Shown here: one piece after another, positions 27,475 to 40,690 of the stretch
Layout of the letters: every line of letters starts with the position of its first letter
Position numbering within the stretch: position 1 is the stretch's first letter
NCBI GenBank assembly: GCA_951406725.2
Contig: OX597818.1
Location: forward strand, 27,776,001 to 27,840,000
Length of the DNA: 64,000 nucleotides
Direction of reading: 5' to 3'
Origin: Octopus vulgaris
Lineage: Eukaryota
Program-made: the position numbers and the translations under genes
Notes under the pieces: model-generated
The model's input: only the letters and a program-made list of their open reading frames with translations
Databases searched by the model: none
Told to the model about the DNA's origin: nothing

Positions 27475-29667
27475 GTAAGTGTTTAACAAAATCATAATTT
27501 AATCTTAAAAACATATTTACAATCAGATTTTTATTTGATTTTATCCCATTAGAAGATTGTTGGACTTTGTTTTTTTTATGCATATCAATAAAACTGACAA
27601 TTTGTACCTATAAAGTTTTAGGAATGGTTTGATATGTAAATAGTTAAGAATTGTAGAGCTCAATTCATCCGATTTTCTCCAAAAGAAGTGAAGCAGTTTT
27701 CAAGAAAATTTTAAACATTCATATTATTCAGTGAAATAGTTTCCCTTTTGAATTTTCTTATTGTTTAGTTTGTTCTATTTCAACTGTCTATTGCATACCT
27801 GTATAATGAATATACAGCAAATTAACTCATCAGGCAAGAACATTAAATATTTCTTGTTACAGTAATTCAAATTATAAAGATATACAATTTCAGCCAATAA
27901 ATCATTTATTTTCTAAGTGTTATAACAGATATTTCCAAAAACTTTCCTAAAACTTTTAGTAGCATGAGGTTTTCATTTAAATTCTATACTATGTTATATT
28001 TGTTATACTTAGAAAAAGAAATGTCTATATCATGTTTAGGTGTGTATGAAGGACACTTTGTAACATAAAAGGGATGGTTTATAGAATGTCTACCACTTCA
28101 GATGTCTTGAGATTTGAGGTAATGTAAGAACTAATGAAAAAAGATTATCAGTATAATCTTAGAAATACTGACTGTTTCTGAGCAGTATTGGAGAGATTGT
28201 CTTTAATGGAGTTGACACACATTTTGTATTAAGTGATATTTGAGAAAGAAACTTTCAAAACTTATTAAGAATTAGTCAATTTGCAAGAATAACTTCAGGG
28301 TGATATCTAGGACAATATCAGATAATGAAAATTGCCTCCTAAAGTATCATAAATCTCAAAATCTCTGAAGTGAGATCTAATACAGATTATATAAGCCCAG
28401 CCCCTTTCGAAATATTTCTTTTTATGTCACACATTGTCCTCCTGTCTTTGATCAAATATATGAAAATAACCAGCAAGTGTTATCTATTTTTAGATAACAC
28501 TTGAAACTATTAACTTGACTTGCTAGTTTTAAGTGATCAAGGCGTTTTGGGACTTAAAAGCCATAATGGTTACATCTCAAGTAATGAGTAGAATTGTAAA
28601 AATACTGGGTTAGTTAAAAAGTGGTGAATAAGACTCTTTCACAAAGTTGCCAGATGTCTGTGGGGATGAGATAGCTGGAAGGAAAGGGCTGTGATGTCTG
28701 TACAGACAAGGGCGTTGACTGGAACAGAAACGGTGAGAGAGGAAGTGAGGAAGGAAAATCAGAGTCATCCTCTTTTGCCTTGGGTGCTCATGATGAATGG
28801 ATGTGAGGTGAGTTAGTTGACAGGAATGGGTACTAGCAGTTGCTATCGTTAGGTGTGCAGGCTAGGCATGAGCTCTGGATTGAGTACGGCTGGGTGGCAA
28901 AATGGCAAGAAGGTAGGTGAATTATTTATTTCCCTGCATTACAGTTCCCTTACACAACAATGTCTAATAAGTAAGAATTTGTGTAATTGGAATTAAGAGT
29001 GATAAAAACTTATATTGCATAAAGGTGTATTTTACTCTATCATTAATCTTCATTTTGAAATCTTTGTATGTGTGAATGAATTTCTTTCAGATGATTATTA
29101 TTGTTTGCATGTAGTAGAAATTGTATTATAGTAGTACTGTAGTAGAAAGCATTCACTGGTTGTTAATCTATATGGCTTAGTGATGTGTAAAATTGAGAAG
29201 GTCTTACACAACAATCAAAATTGTGTTTGGTATTTGGTAGGTTATTCAGATATTTTACATACTTAGTACAACAGATTGTTAACATAAAATTTAGAGATAT
29301 GCAAGTAGTTGGATGACTTGATCAGGTGGTATGTGATGAGACAACAGTGTTAGAGGATCTGGGACCATACTCTTTAAAATATGCCATGGTTGTTGTGTAG
29401 CGGTTGTAATTGAATGGGATGATACACTAGAGTTCGTTTGACAACTAGGGATTCTAATTTGGAGGTGAAATGGTACAGATGCTTAGAATTGTCAATATCT
29501 TAGCCTTAAATACTTGCTGAATCAATCTGAAAGTAAATTTCTGTCACCAAATTATATAATTTACATTTTATTCATTCCACTTATTTTTTGAAAACTTAGG
29601 AATCTTCTATTTAAAATTTACACTATATATTATTTTCTTTCAATATTTTATTATTTTTTTCCACCAG

Positions 29668-29976
29668 TGAAACCTATTTTCAGTTCAATATCAAACGATG
29701 CGAAAAAGAAAAATGTTTCAATTGGAGAATCTGTAATTTTCAAACAGTGTTTTTATTCACATCCAAAATCTGATGTAAAATGGCAAATAAATGACAAATT
29801 AATTGACTTCAACAAATATTTAACAACTGATTTTGTATCAAGTGATTTTCCTTTCAAAGGAAGCTGTACTCATTTAAAAACAGAAGACATCAAAGATAAT
29901 GATATTAGAACTTATACCTTAACATTGGAAAACTCTGTAGGAAAAGAAGTGATAACTTTTACCTTGAGGCATAAAG
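29668..29976 (+). CDS. Ig receptor, membrane-proximal atypical I-set-like exon E
   Basis: tttttttccaccag|TG ... AAAG|GTAAGT, phase 1-1. VKPIFSS...VSIGESVIFKQCFYSHPKSDVKWQIN...DIRTYTLTLENSVGKEVITFTLRHK. Confidence 0.9.
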
Positions 29977-30487
29977 GTAAGTTGTTACATGTTTGTAATT
30001 ATTCTTTAATCATTTAAAATATTGTTTCATATTATACAGAATTATTTAGAATTGATTAATTCATTGCAAAGTACTCAAGGTTCTGCTTTTAGATCAAGTC
30101 TTAAAATTAGCTATATGTTATAAAGATGGAGAGTCAATTTTAGCCTTGTTTCTTGTTTAATCCCTTTTACATTTGTAAGTAAACAATTTTCTTTTCAGAA
30201 ATATTTTAGTTAATTACTGGAGCAAAACTTTCACTGAAAAACCATTCCCTAGACTCTGGGAATTACATTTTCTGTTCAATTAACTATTTATTTTAAGTAT
30301 ATTTACTTAAATATTTGCTACATAATGAGAGTGGAGTTGATTTGAATGTGGTAAGAATTTCAGCTAATAAATGGAAACAGCAAGCTGATGCATGCAAATA
30401 CTAAAATTTAATGTTTTTTTTGCCTTTTACTGGTCCTAATTGGTTAAATCTATTAAGTTATTTTCTTATAAGATTCTTATTACCTCC

Positions 30488-30710
30488 TTTGAGAATCTTT
30501 TCTACTCTAGTACTCTAGATAAAAGGCCCAAAATTTCTGGGGAGGAGGCCAGTCGATAAGACTGACCCCAATATGCAACTGGTACTTAATTTATGAACCC
30601 TGAAAAGATGAAAGGCAAACTGCAGTGGAATTTGAACTCAGAAGGTAAAGACAAACGAAATACCACTAAGCATTTTGTTCAGTGCACTAACTTTTCTGCC
30701 AGTTCACCAC
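30488..30710 (-). mobile_element. SINE family B with 12-bp target-site duplication
   Basis: Flanked by the direct repeat CTTATTACCTCC at 30476-30487 and 30711-30722; minus-strand head gtggtgaactggcagaaaagttagtg with gagttcaaattcc B-box. Confidence 0.85.
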
Positions 30711-31999
30711 CTTATTACCTCCATAGAAAATATTTAATAAATATGTCAGCTGTGCACATATATTTGGATTAATGCAGTATAGTGAGTTAAATGGTGACAA
30801 GTGACTGCAAGTTACAAAAATTCTATCAGAACCCGTCAGAGAAGGATAACATTGTCACAGTAAGTTAGAAACAGGTGTATTAGAGTAGATTACTTGAAGA
30901 TTATGGGTCATCTGTGTTCTCATTAGCTAAAGAACAAGGATGATAGCAGAACTGAGGGAACCTTTCAGTATGAAGAGTGAAGTGAGGTGTAAAGAATCTG
31001 TGGGGTACATCTGTAATGAGTAAACTAAGGAATCTTTAAATTCACAAATTGGCAAGTGTGCTACATATATAAAATTACTGTTTTGGTTTTAAATTATTTT
31101 TTGATATAGGTCACAGAGCAATTTCAAAATTGAATGTCTGTGAAAAGTTCTCCAGCCCTGTCAAGACCATCATCATTTAGTGTCCATTTATCATACTTAC
31201 ATTGACCAAACAGTTTACTAGATTCTGACAACCTGCAGATTTGTGTCAGGACCCAATATCAATTTTGGTATAGTTTCTACAGCTGGATACCCATCCTAGC
31301 TCCAATCACTTTACAGTGTGTATTGAATGCTTTTTTTCATGATACCAGCATTAGTAAGGTTACCAAGTATCATGCAAGACGAAGTAAATAAAGGAAAAGG
31401 AAATAGCTCCCTCAACTGACTAGGAGTGTATTTCAGAGAGGGGGTTAGCTTTATGTCAGGTGTTGAAAGTTAAAGTAAGATAGAGGGACAGGCACAGATG
31501 TTTCTCTTCTCTTTTACTTTCTCCTCTCACTTAAAAGCAAATATCGCCTTTTTACTTTATTCTCTCTTTCGATTTCTTCTCTCTTCAAAGTATACAGAAT
31601 TTAAAACAATTTTACGGAAATTAATGAACAATCATATGATCCTATATATGTTGAATTGACAACTTTGCTTCTTCAGACAAAAGAATGCCAAAAATAACTT
31701 CCTTTGACACACATACACACACTCTAGGTAAAACTTCTGTGTGAATTATGTTGTTTCTTTCAGCATGCATGTGCAAATTTACAACTCAAATCCAAATGAA
31801 ATGATCTTTTCCTATTGTGTAATTCTATTGTATTTGTGATGAGCATATTTAAAAACCTGATCTTTGATATAAACTCAAAAGGAAGTTTTCTCAGAAATCC
31901 TATCCTTTATCTCTTCTTTCTAGCATGTCCAAGATGACATTTCCATCCCACACTTATTTTTTTCCCTAAATTTTTTTCCAATTCCTATGTTTACGATAC

Positions 32000-32458
32000 A
32001 GGAAATTAAAATTTCATCCATAAAATACGTTCTCAATATTTTAATTTTCTCCCTCTCCACACCAAAGTCATTTTTTACTTATTTCAAATTTTTATTCTCG
32101 GTAATAGATGGAGAAAAAACAGAGAATATGAATTTTTAAGAATTTTACCCATCACTTCACCACTTTCAAAAAGCTACACACTCCCAATGTTTCACTTTTA
32201 GCCTTTTGGAAAATGGTGACATTTCTTCAGAAATGGTGTTGTTTACCTGTGGTTTCTAGCATGTTGGGTTTTCTGTTAGTTGTCTGATATTTTTTAAGTC
32301 TACTTTTTCAGTAGAATTCTATGCACGCGGGAAACATCAGCCAAAAGTGAAAAATTGGGAGATTTTAGCTTTTTGAAAGCTGGTAGGTGATGGGTGAGTG
32401 AGGTGGAGGAAGGGGCATTGAGTGTTTCTTTAAGAAAAATTAAACTATAAAAAATGTA

Positions 32459-32497
<39 letters not shown>

Positions 32498-32859
32498 CCC
32501 AGATTCATAATCTCTGTATTTTTCTACAAAGATAGCAAAAAAATTTGATAGAAAAGTTACAAATTAAGAAATTGTGGTGGGGATAGGGGGAAATTTAAAT
32601 ATTGAAAATGTAATTTCTGGACAAGATCGTATTAACTTCCTTTTATACAATGAAACAATACATAGTTTCTGATCTTTCTTAAGAACAGAAAGCACTCACA
32701 TGCAAATTGTACCCTCACCTATCACTATTAAACAAACAATACTTCCATTATTCCATTAACTATATTTTAGCTATGCCAATTCTGCCCATAAGAAAGGAGC
32801 AAATAATACAATGTACTTGTAGGTCATAACAGCTGGGCAATGCTGGGATGCATTGCTAG
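32000..32859. mobile_element. Degenerate foldback/MITE-like inverted repeat, followed by a Helitron-like 3' end
   Basis: acccatcac..ctttcaaaaagcta (about 32147-32176) vs tagctttttgaaag..gtgatgggt (about 32367-32395); outer arms caatattttaattttctccc vs gggggaaatttaaatattg; ctgggcaatgctggg...tgCTAG|T ends at 32859. Confidence 0.5.
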
Positions 32860-33597
32860 TTTTTTAATGATCAATAGAGTAAGGGGTAAGAGTTAGATGG
32901 TTGTTAGAATTATAATTACTATGAGAGTTTTAGAGGCAGAGCATTAGTTTATGATTTGTGTTAATTCTTAATCCATAAAATGATTTTATTTTCTAAGATC
33001 TTTAACATTCATTATTGCAATGAAATCAAATTGCTGGTGACAATATTTATTCAGTAACATTCAATAGATATTTTAAATGAGCGATTTCTCATACTGATTA
33101 TTGAATTATCATATTATCATATTAAATTAAATTATTGATTACATAAAATGTTTTGAGAAATATACTTGAAAAATACAAGAAAATGCTGCTGTATCTCACA
33201 ATGAGATGAAAGGTAATATAAATAACACTTCTGTTGGATTAGATGAGTGAAGAAAATAGAAGCTGAATGAAATGATAGTACAATAAGGACACACAAAAAA
33301 AAAACTGTAAAGAAACTTTTATATATGACCTGAAACACGTAGCCTTAATGCATTATTATAATGCAATATAGAACATATTTATAGTCTTATTTTTAGGCAA
33401 CACTTTGTGTTACAATGATTGTAAACAAATCGTCTGTACAATATTTGTGCTGATATAAAAAGGTGCACAACTGTATATACATTTTTATTGTTTTTGAAGT
33501 CTTCAGCAGCAGTTGTGTACCCCAGCATCTACTGACCTTCATAACCCTTTATCTTTTTAATATATTAATGCAAGGTCTTTTTAATATATCTTTTCAG

Positions 33598-33699
33598 AAA
33601 TTACGGAAGTCACTTTGGGAACAATTATTGGTTGCTTTGTAGGAATTGTATTATTAATAACTTTGGTACTTCTTATTTATAAAAGCCACAAAATAAGAG
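33598..33699 (+). CDS. Ig receptor, transmembrane exon
   Basis: atcttttcag|AA ... AGAG|GTTGGT, phase 1-1. EITEVTLGTIIGCFVGIVLLITLVLLIYKSHKIR: a hydrophobic helix followed by basic stop-transfer residues. An alternative donor TG|GTATGT lies after 33703. Confidence 0.88.
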
Positions 33700-34624
33700 G
33701 TTGGTATGTTTTATACATTATAAGTGTCTGTCTATCTGTCTATCTATCTATCGAGAGACTTACACACATACACACACACACACAGATATATATATATATA
33801 TATGACAGTTTCTTCAACCTATAGACCAAAATCCTGTTGAAGGTCAAACTTTGGCCTTTCATAAGCTGCAAAAAAGCATAAAATGCTTAGTAAAATAAGA
33901 TTTTCTTTTACTGTAAAACTTCTTTTGTATAAACATGCACTCATTTGTATCCAGTCAAACTTTTTCTTATGAGATGGTTTCTATTTTTAAAGCCAACTTT
34001 GTTCAAAACTCACTTTGTGCAAACATGCACTAATAGTTTTTCAGAAAACAATTTTTTATATGAAGCAACTTTTTCATCTTAGAGTAAAGCATGAAAAACA
34101 ATTAAAATGTGGGAAAACTAAATGAAATGTTTTTAAAAAATATTTCCATAGTTTTCAAATGCAAAGGACATTTTCTTTTTTTCTGTCTCTCTGTGTCTCT
34201 CTTTTTTACTCTTGTGAGGGCTTGGTAGCAGGTAGTAGTAGTAGTCCTAATATTTGATATGAGTTCTTGGTTTCGATTGTTTAAACAGCAGTAGTAGCTG
34301 AGAAAGGAGGTGGTGAAGAAAAAGAAGGAAGATGTATGTGGAAGTGGTATGATAGTAGGAGGATATTGGTGGAATGCTCTTAAATGGTCAAGTAACTTAA
34401 AAGTGACCTGTTGTGGTTGTAATAGTAGTGATTGGAATTGTTCTAAATAAATTCATGGGTAGTGACTGTTGTGAATATATTGTTTTTAATATTTGCACAG
34501 GTATCATTCTAAGGCCCTTGTAGTAGTGTCATTTGTGGTGGACGCATTCAAAAGGGGTTTATATTTTGTAATAAAATAACCTATACACCTATACACCAGT
34601 CCAATAATAAAGAAGAGGAAACAT

Positions 34625-36190
34625 AGGAATAGGAAAACTATCTGGTTCACACACCCCTACTCACCCGAAGTGACCTTCAATATAAGCAAGTATTTCTTAG
34701 CACTGATAGATAGACATTTTCCAGTCAACCATACTTACAGAAAGCTCTTCAATAGACATGACTTAAAGATCAGTTTCAGCTCAACTACTAATTTTAAAAA
34801 TATAATCGCACACAACACACAAAAACCACAATATGAAACCAGCTGTTCATGCAGGGATAAAAATTTGTGCCGCTAAATGGAGCTTGCCTGTCCGAGACCA
34901 TTTATGAAGCCACCGTGGATTCTATATCCACTAAGGACACAGTTTCGATGAAGAAATATGTGGGCTTTGAAGAGGGTAATTTCAAGGCCAGGTTCACTAA
35001 TCACACCATGAGCTTCAGGCACTGGGATAAAAGGAAAATGACCAAATTATCCAGTCATATATGGTCCTTAAAAGATAAAGGTGTCAGTTACAACATCCAT
35101 TGGAAGATCTTAGCCAAGTGTTAGCCCTACACCAACGGCAGTGGAAAGTGCAGTCTTTGTGATATGGAAAGATGGCACATCTGGAAAAGCAGCTTAGACC
35201 CCGCCCCATGTCTAAATTCAAGAACTGAACTTTTTAGTTCATGTGGCTAAATATTTGTTACGTTTTTGGTCCCCCTAAAATTACAGATAGGATATGCTTT
35301 CTATATTGTGTCCACGTACAAGCTTTTTATCTCTCTATACTTTTTACTTATATTTCTTATATATTTTTATATACTTTTTTACATATTTATAGAGATATTG
35401 CTCATATTTTTATAGGTTTATTGCTCATATTTTTTACACATATTTTTTCTTTAGTCTACCTTCCACCCTGCATTTTCCTTGTGCATATATAGACGTGTAT
35501 ATGGAATCTTTTGTGTGCGTGTGTGGATGTGTGCATGTGTGCGAGTATGTGCATATATTGATGCATTTTACTCTAATTGCTTATTTTTTACACATTTTTT
35601 TACACATTTTTCTGTATTTTGCCTTTAGCCCTGTTTTTTCCTGTGCATGTGCGTATATTGATGTGTACCTTTTTTGTGCGTGTGTGTGTGTGCATGCATA
35701 TATAGACGTTTGCGGGTATGTGCGCATATAGACGTGTGTGTGCATGCATACGAGTATGTGCATATATAGAATGTGTGGGTGAGCATGTGTGTGTTTCAAG
35801 TGAAGGTGGATGAGTATATACTTATAGGCACATGTACGTGGGTGTTCGGGCGTGCATGTGTAGGTATGGACATGCGTGCTTATGCGGATACCATGAACAT
35901 TTTTACTCCCTTACCTTTACTCCCTCCCCTCACTTAGCGGTCATTCTAATAGCTCTTTTGTCTTAATAATGGTTAATCACACAGTAATTTCTCTTTGTTT
36001 AACGGTCATTTTCATAGCATTTTTTCGATGGCTGGATAACTGAAGAGATGGCGGCGTGGGTTTCCACCTCAACATCCAAAACTTGGAGTTTTATCATAGC
36101 TACCGAATAATTGTCACATATTATATTTACAGATAAATTCCTCTATTAACATAATACTTTCATTCTTTTGTTGTCTTACCATTTCTATCA
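34625..36190 (+). mobile_element. 5'-truncated Penelope-like element: thumb, GIY-YIG endonuclease and long 3' region
   Basis: IWFTHPYS..FLALIDRHFPVNHTYRKLFNR..CSCRDKNLCPLNGACL..IYEATV..KYVG..FKARFTNH..TKLSSHIWSLK..WKILAKC..KCSLC..E..LNSRTELFSSC. Confidence 0.88.
36029..36102 (+). ncRNA. Degenerate type-I hammerhead-like motif at the 3' end of the Penelope-like element
   Basis: uggcuggauaa-CUGAAGA-GAUG...CAUC-caaaAC-uugga-GUU-uuaucauagcua. Stems I and II pair, but the GAAA core reads CAAAA. Confidence 0.5.
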
Positions 36191-36201
36191 ATATATATAT
36201 A

Positions 36202-36601
36202 TACTCTTACTCTCTTTTACTCTTTTACTTGTTTCAGTCATTTGACTGCGGCCATGCTGGAGCACCGCCTTTAGTCGAGCAAATCGACCCCGGGACTTAT
36301 TCTTTGTAAGCCCAGTACTTACTCTATCGGTCTCTTTTGCCGAACCACTAAGTGACGGGGACGTAAACACACCAGCATCGGTTGTCAAGCAATGCTAGGG
36401 GGACAAACACAGACACACAAACATATATATATATACATATATACGACGGGCTTCTTTCAGTTTCCGTCTACCAAATCCACTCACAAGGCATTGGTCGGCC
36501 TGGGGCTATAGCAGAAGACACTTGCCCAAGATGCCACGCAGTGGGACTGAACCCGGAACCATGTGGTTGGTTAGCAAGCTACTTACCACACAGCCACTCC
36601 T
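36202..36601 (-). mobile_element. Full-length, relatively young SINE family A copy
   Basis: CpG-rich reverse complement of family A with intact A-box and B-box (tggctgtgtgg / gggttcagtccc); (TA)n on both sides. Confidence 0.9.
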
Positions 36602-37269
36602 ATATATAAATAAGTACTCATGTCGACATAGTTGTACAAATATCCATACTCAACTCCATGCATAAATATATTCATGTACATAGATACACCTGCACATAAA
36701 TCTATACGTATATTTATGTATACATATACTCATATACTCACATGTGCCTAGACATATGTATGCACATATGTACACATATACAAATGTACTGGCAGGTTAC
36801 ACAGATATAGTCATATGTATATATGCATATAAATTTATATACATGCATATAAATAAAAATATAAAAATGTGTGTGCATAACAAGCATCAAATAGTTGTTA
36901 AGGGTGTGTTAATGGGGTTATTAATGCAAGATAGGTGTGTGAATAATAGTCAAACGGATATAAATGTTGCCAAGTGCATATGTTCAAATGTTTGAATAAT
37001 AGTCAAACAGTTATAAAAGTTAGCAATTGTGTATACTCAAATGCTGGTAGGTTACTAATGATATGTACAAAAGGTTAAATTAGTAGAGGTGGTTGGTATA
37101 AGATAATGCTAAATTTATGTGTTATAGAGGTAGATATTTATATAATTGATAGTGTAGTTAGATAAGATTTATGGGAGAGGTAATTTATATTTGTAAAGCT
37201 AGGGAGTTAAAAGGGGTTGTACAAATATTTCAGTGAGAGAGATAAGTTAATTATTTAAATTTAGAAAAT

Positions 37270-38520
37270 ACATATTTTCCTGCATGAATGCAAAAAATAT
37301 TTTCCTCATTTATAAGTTAAGTTGGATATTCTTAGATCTAATGATAAGGAAAGCTTCAGTGATACAAAGATGATATTTTTTTGTTGTTAACTTTTATAAG
37401 CCAGTGCAGAAGCAATGATATCCCATTCAGTTTCAAAGTCAGTATTAGTATCTTTTAATTCTCATATAAATTTACTTAATCCAGTGGAATTGGTTTTCTG
37501 CTTATTTTTAAAAGACTGGAGATTATTTGCCACCCAAGTCTCAACCTTATTTTCAATCAAGCTAATATAAAAATAATTCTTGCCTTGAGCTTTAACAGTG
37601 CATTGATAAACAACATTTTTACTTTTACATGAATTCTTAAATTTACCATTATTTTTAACTCTACAATCACAATTTTCATAAATATTGTTATGTATGGATC
37701 TATTAGAAGAAATTGTATTAGCAGTGTTAGTATGGGTTGTTATAGTTCCATTATTGGGATTTATATGAGCATAATTATTAGGGTTAGTGAAATTTGCGAG
37801 ATATATTTTAAGTTCAAGGGAGTTAGAATTATTGTTATGGACATGTCTATTGGTGTAGAATTGTTTAATTTCCTGTTGTTAATGGATGATGTAATAGTAA
37901 ATAAGTTATGAGTGGGGCTAAAACCTATCTTGACAGTTTTGTGGTTTATGATTTCATTTATTATGAATTTATTATTTGTATGATTTGTATTTATTATGAA
38001 TGTTAAAGTATTTATGAATGGCTTTAAATATAGTTTTAATTATGTTATTTTTAATTTGCATTGCATATAGAATAATAAACCATATTTTATTAGCATAACC
38101 AGGGTGATTATAATTTATGGGTATATTATAATCTATTTTAGGTTTTTTAGAGTTAATGAAGTGAGTGTGTGGTTTAATATTATTGTTATTCAGGGCATTA
38201 TATGGATTAACAGTGGTGCTGGTATCATAAGTGATTAATTGATTATTGATATTACTATGCTTATTAATTATGTTATTATCGTTGTAGCAATCATTACAAT
38301 TGTAAATTGGTTGTTTATTATTTAAGTTGGGTATATAACTTAGTAATAGTTTTTCTATTATAATGTTTGATACTATTAGTTTGGTTTAAAATAATCTTAG
38401 GTTTGTTATCGTTATCAATTCCTTGTTTATGTAGTTGGGTAACTAGTTATATGCTTATTTTTTAATTATATTACTATTTATGGTGGGATTATAAAATTTA
38501 CCAGTTTTATTTATTTTTGT
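37270..38520 (-). mobile_element. Decayed Penelope-like element, GIY-YIG end
   Basis: Minus-strand translation CDCRVK..SCKSKNVVYQCTVK..FYISL..SFKNKQKTNSTGLSKFI*ELKD..EWDII..HLCITEAFLII. Confidence 0.75.
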
Positions 38521-38694
38521 TTTTGCTTGTAAGAGGCTCAAATGTCGATGTGTTCACTGAATGCTATATTTCTGTATTCCTGGATTTTGACCTGAGATCT
38601 ATGTAGAGCCATCATTCATTTAATTTTTCCGCAATTTAATTGTGTTTAATATTGAATAACATTTCTATACACATCACTTTTTTTCTTTTTTCAG

Positions 38695-38713
38695 CTGTGA
38701 AGTGCAAGAAAGA
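38695..38713 (+). CDS. Ig receptor, cytoplasmic micro-exon 1 (19 nt, phase 1 to 2)
   Basis: ctttttttctttttttcag|ctgtgaagtgcaagaaaga|GTAAGT; reads (A)VKCKK. Confidence 0.72.
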
Positions 38714-39257
38714 GTAAGTATATAACATTTTTACCTGTTGTTTATTTGTAAAGTAGAGAGGAAATTTCTCTCAAAGATTAACTTTCATCAATCATTAAGT
38801 TTACATCATAATATACATGCTAATGCTTTGGCAATTTACAGAAATGTTGCAGTTTAGCTGAGGTTAAAATGCATGTGAAATTTTCTTCCATATATTTTGT
38901 TGAAAATGATATTAGCTATCAACTAATAATATTTTTTTCTTTTCGTGCTTGCCTCAATACACTTATGCATGTCAATGTTTTAATAATTAAATATGCTTTC
39001 AACAACATGTTTATGTAATTATCACCTGGATGGCACTTGGTTTCAGTTTAATTAATAAGTATATTGTCTAGTGTGTCTAGTATTATATTAGAAAAGCTCT
39101 TATTTGCTTTGAAATTTACATTAGCTGCTTTTTCAATACAGATTTTATTTTAAAAACTATTCATTGTTTCTTGCTATGGATAGTAAGACAAGGAAAGTAA
39201 ATTATATTGTAAAAGAGAGTTGTCAGTTCTCTTTTTTGAGAGATGTGACATACAGTT

Positions 39258-40690
39258 ACAGAAGTGTATGCTGGCATCCACCAAGGTTCAGATCTCAGTC
39301 CTCTTTTATTCATCATAGTCCTCCAGGCAATAACAGAGGAATTCAAGACGGGTTGCCCCTGGGAGCTCCTCTATGCTGATGACCTGGTCCTCATGGCAGA
39401 ATTACTACCAGAACAAGAGAAGAAATTTCGGGTGTGGAAGCAAGGTTTAGAATCAAATGGCCTTAGAGTCAATGTAGCAAAGACCAAAGTTCTAGTAAGT
39501 AGGAAGGCAAACTCACAATACACCCCCTTAGGTAGGTGGCCTTGCTCGATCTGTAGAAAAGGTGTAGGTAGAAACTCCTTAAGATGTACCCAGTGTAAGC
39601 TATGGGCACATAAGTGTAGCAACATCAAAGGAAAATTAACCAAGAAGATAGCTTTTATGTGCGGCAGATGCACAAGGGCAATAGACACCATTGATACTGA
39701 AAAAACAGATTCCATCACACTCCAGGGTGAGAAACTAGAAGTAGTTGATAGTTTCCGCTACCTAGGTGACCAAGTTAGTAGTGGGGGTGGATGCTCAGAA
39801 AGTGTTACCACTAGAATAATAATAGCCTGGGCAAAGTTTAGAAAGCCTCTTCCCCTACTGGCAACAAAGGGGCTCACACTCAGAGTGAAAGATAGATTGT
39901 ATGACGCATGTGTGCAAACTGCTGTGCTTCACGGCAGTGAAACATGGGCTGTGACTGCGGAGGACATGCGTAGGCTTGAAAGAAATGAAGCTAGCATGAT
40001 CTACTGGATGTGTATGGTCATGTACTATGGATGGATGAGGAGAGATGTGTGAAGAAGGGCCACTCCCAAACTGTTGAAGGAATCTGGGGTAGAGGTAGAC
40101 CCAGGAAGACATGGGATGAGGTGGTCAAGCATGACCTTCATACGCTGGGCCCCACAGAGGAAATGATGAAAGACCGGGACCTCTGGAGATATGCTGTGAC
40201 TGCGAAGACCCAACAAATGAAGTGTGTTCATGGCTCACGGGATGGCCTGCTGTGCTAACCTTGGATCATAGAGTGACCCGCTGTGCTTGAGGAGACCTAT
40301 TGAATCAAGTACGTCAACACCAACATCAAAATAAAAATCGAATGGAAATTGTAGTTAAGATACCCGTGCTGGCGGCATGTTAAAAGCACCATCTGAACGT
40401 GGCTGATGCCAGCGCCACCTGACTGGCATCCGTGTCAGTGACACAAACAAAGAACCAACCGATCGAGGCCATTTGCTAGCCTCCTCTGGCCCTTGAGATG
40501 GTGGTATGTAAAAAGCACACACTACACTCACGGGGTGGTTGGCGTTAGGAAGGGCATCCAGCTGTTGAAATACTGCCAGATCAGACTGGAGCCTGGCACA
40601 GCCTCCTGGCTTCCCAGACCCCGGTCAAACCATTCAACCCATGCTAGCATGGAAAACGGACGTTAAACGATGATGATGATGATGATGATA
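39258..40690 (+). mobile_element. 5'-truncated RTE LINE with 3' UTR and (GAT)n tail
   Basis: ORF 39264-40052 GIHQGSDLSPLLF..ELLYADDL..VDSFRYLG..HGSETW, then GRGRPRKTW; ends ggacgttaaacgatgatgat. Confidence 0.92.
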
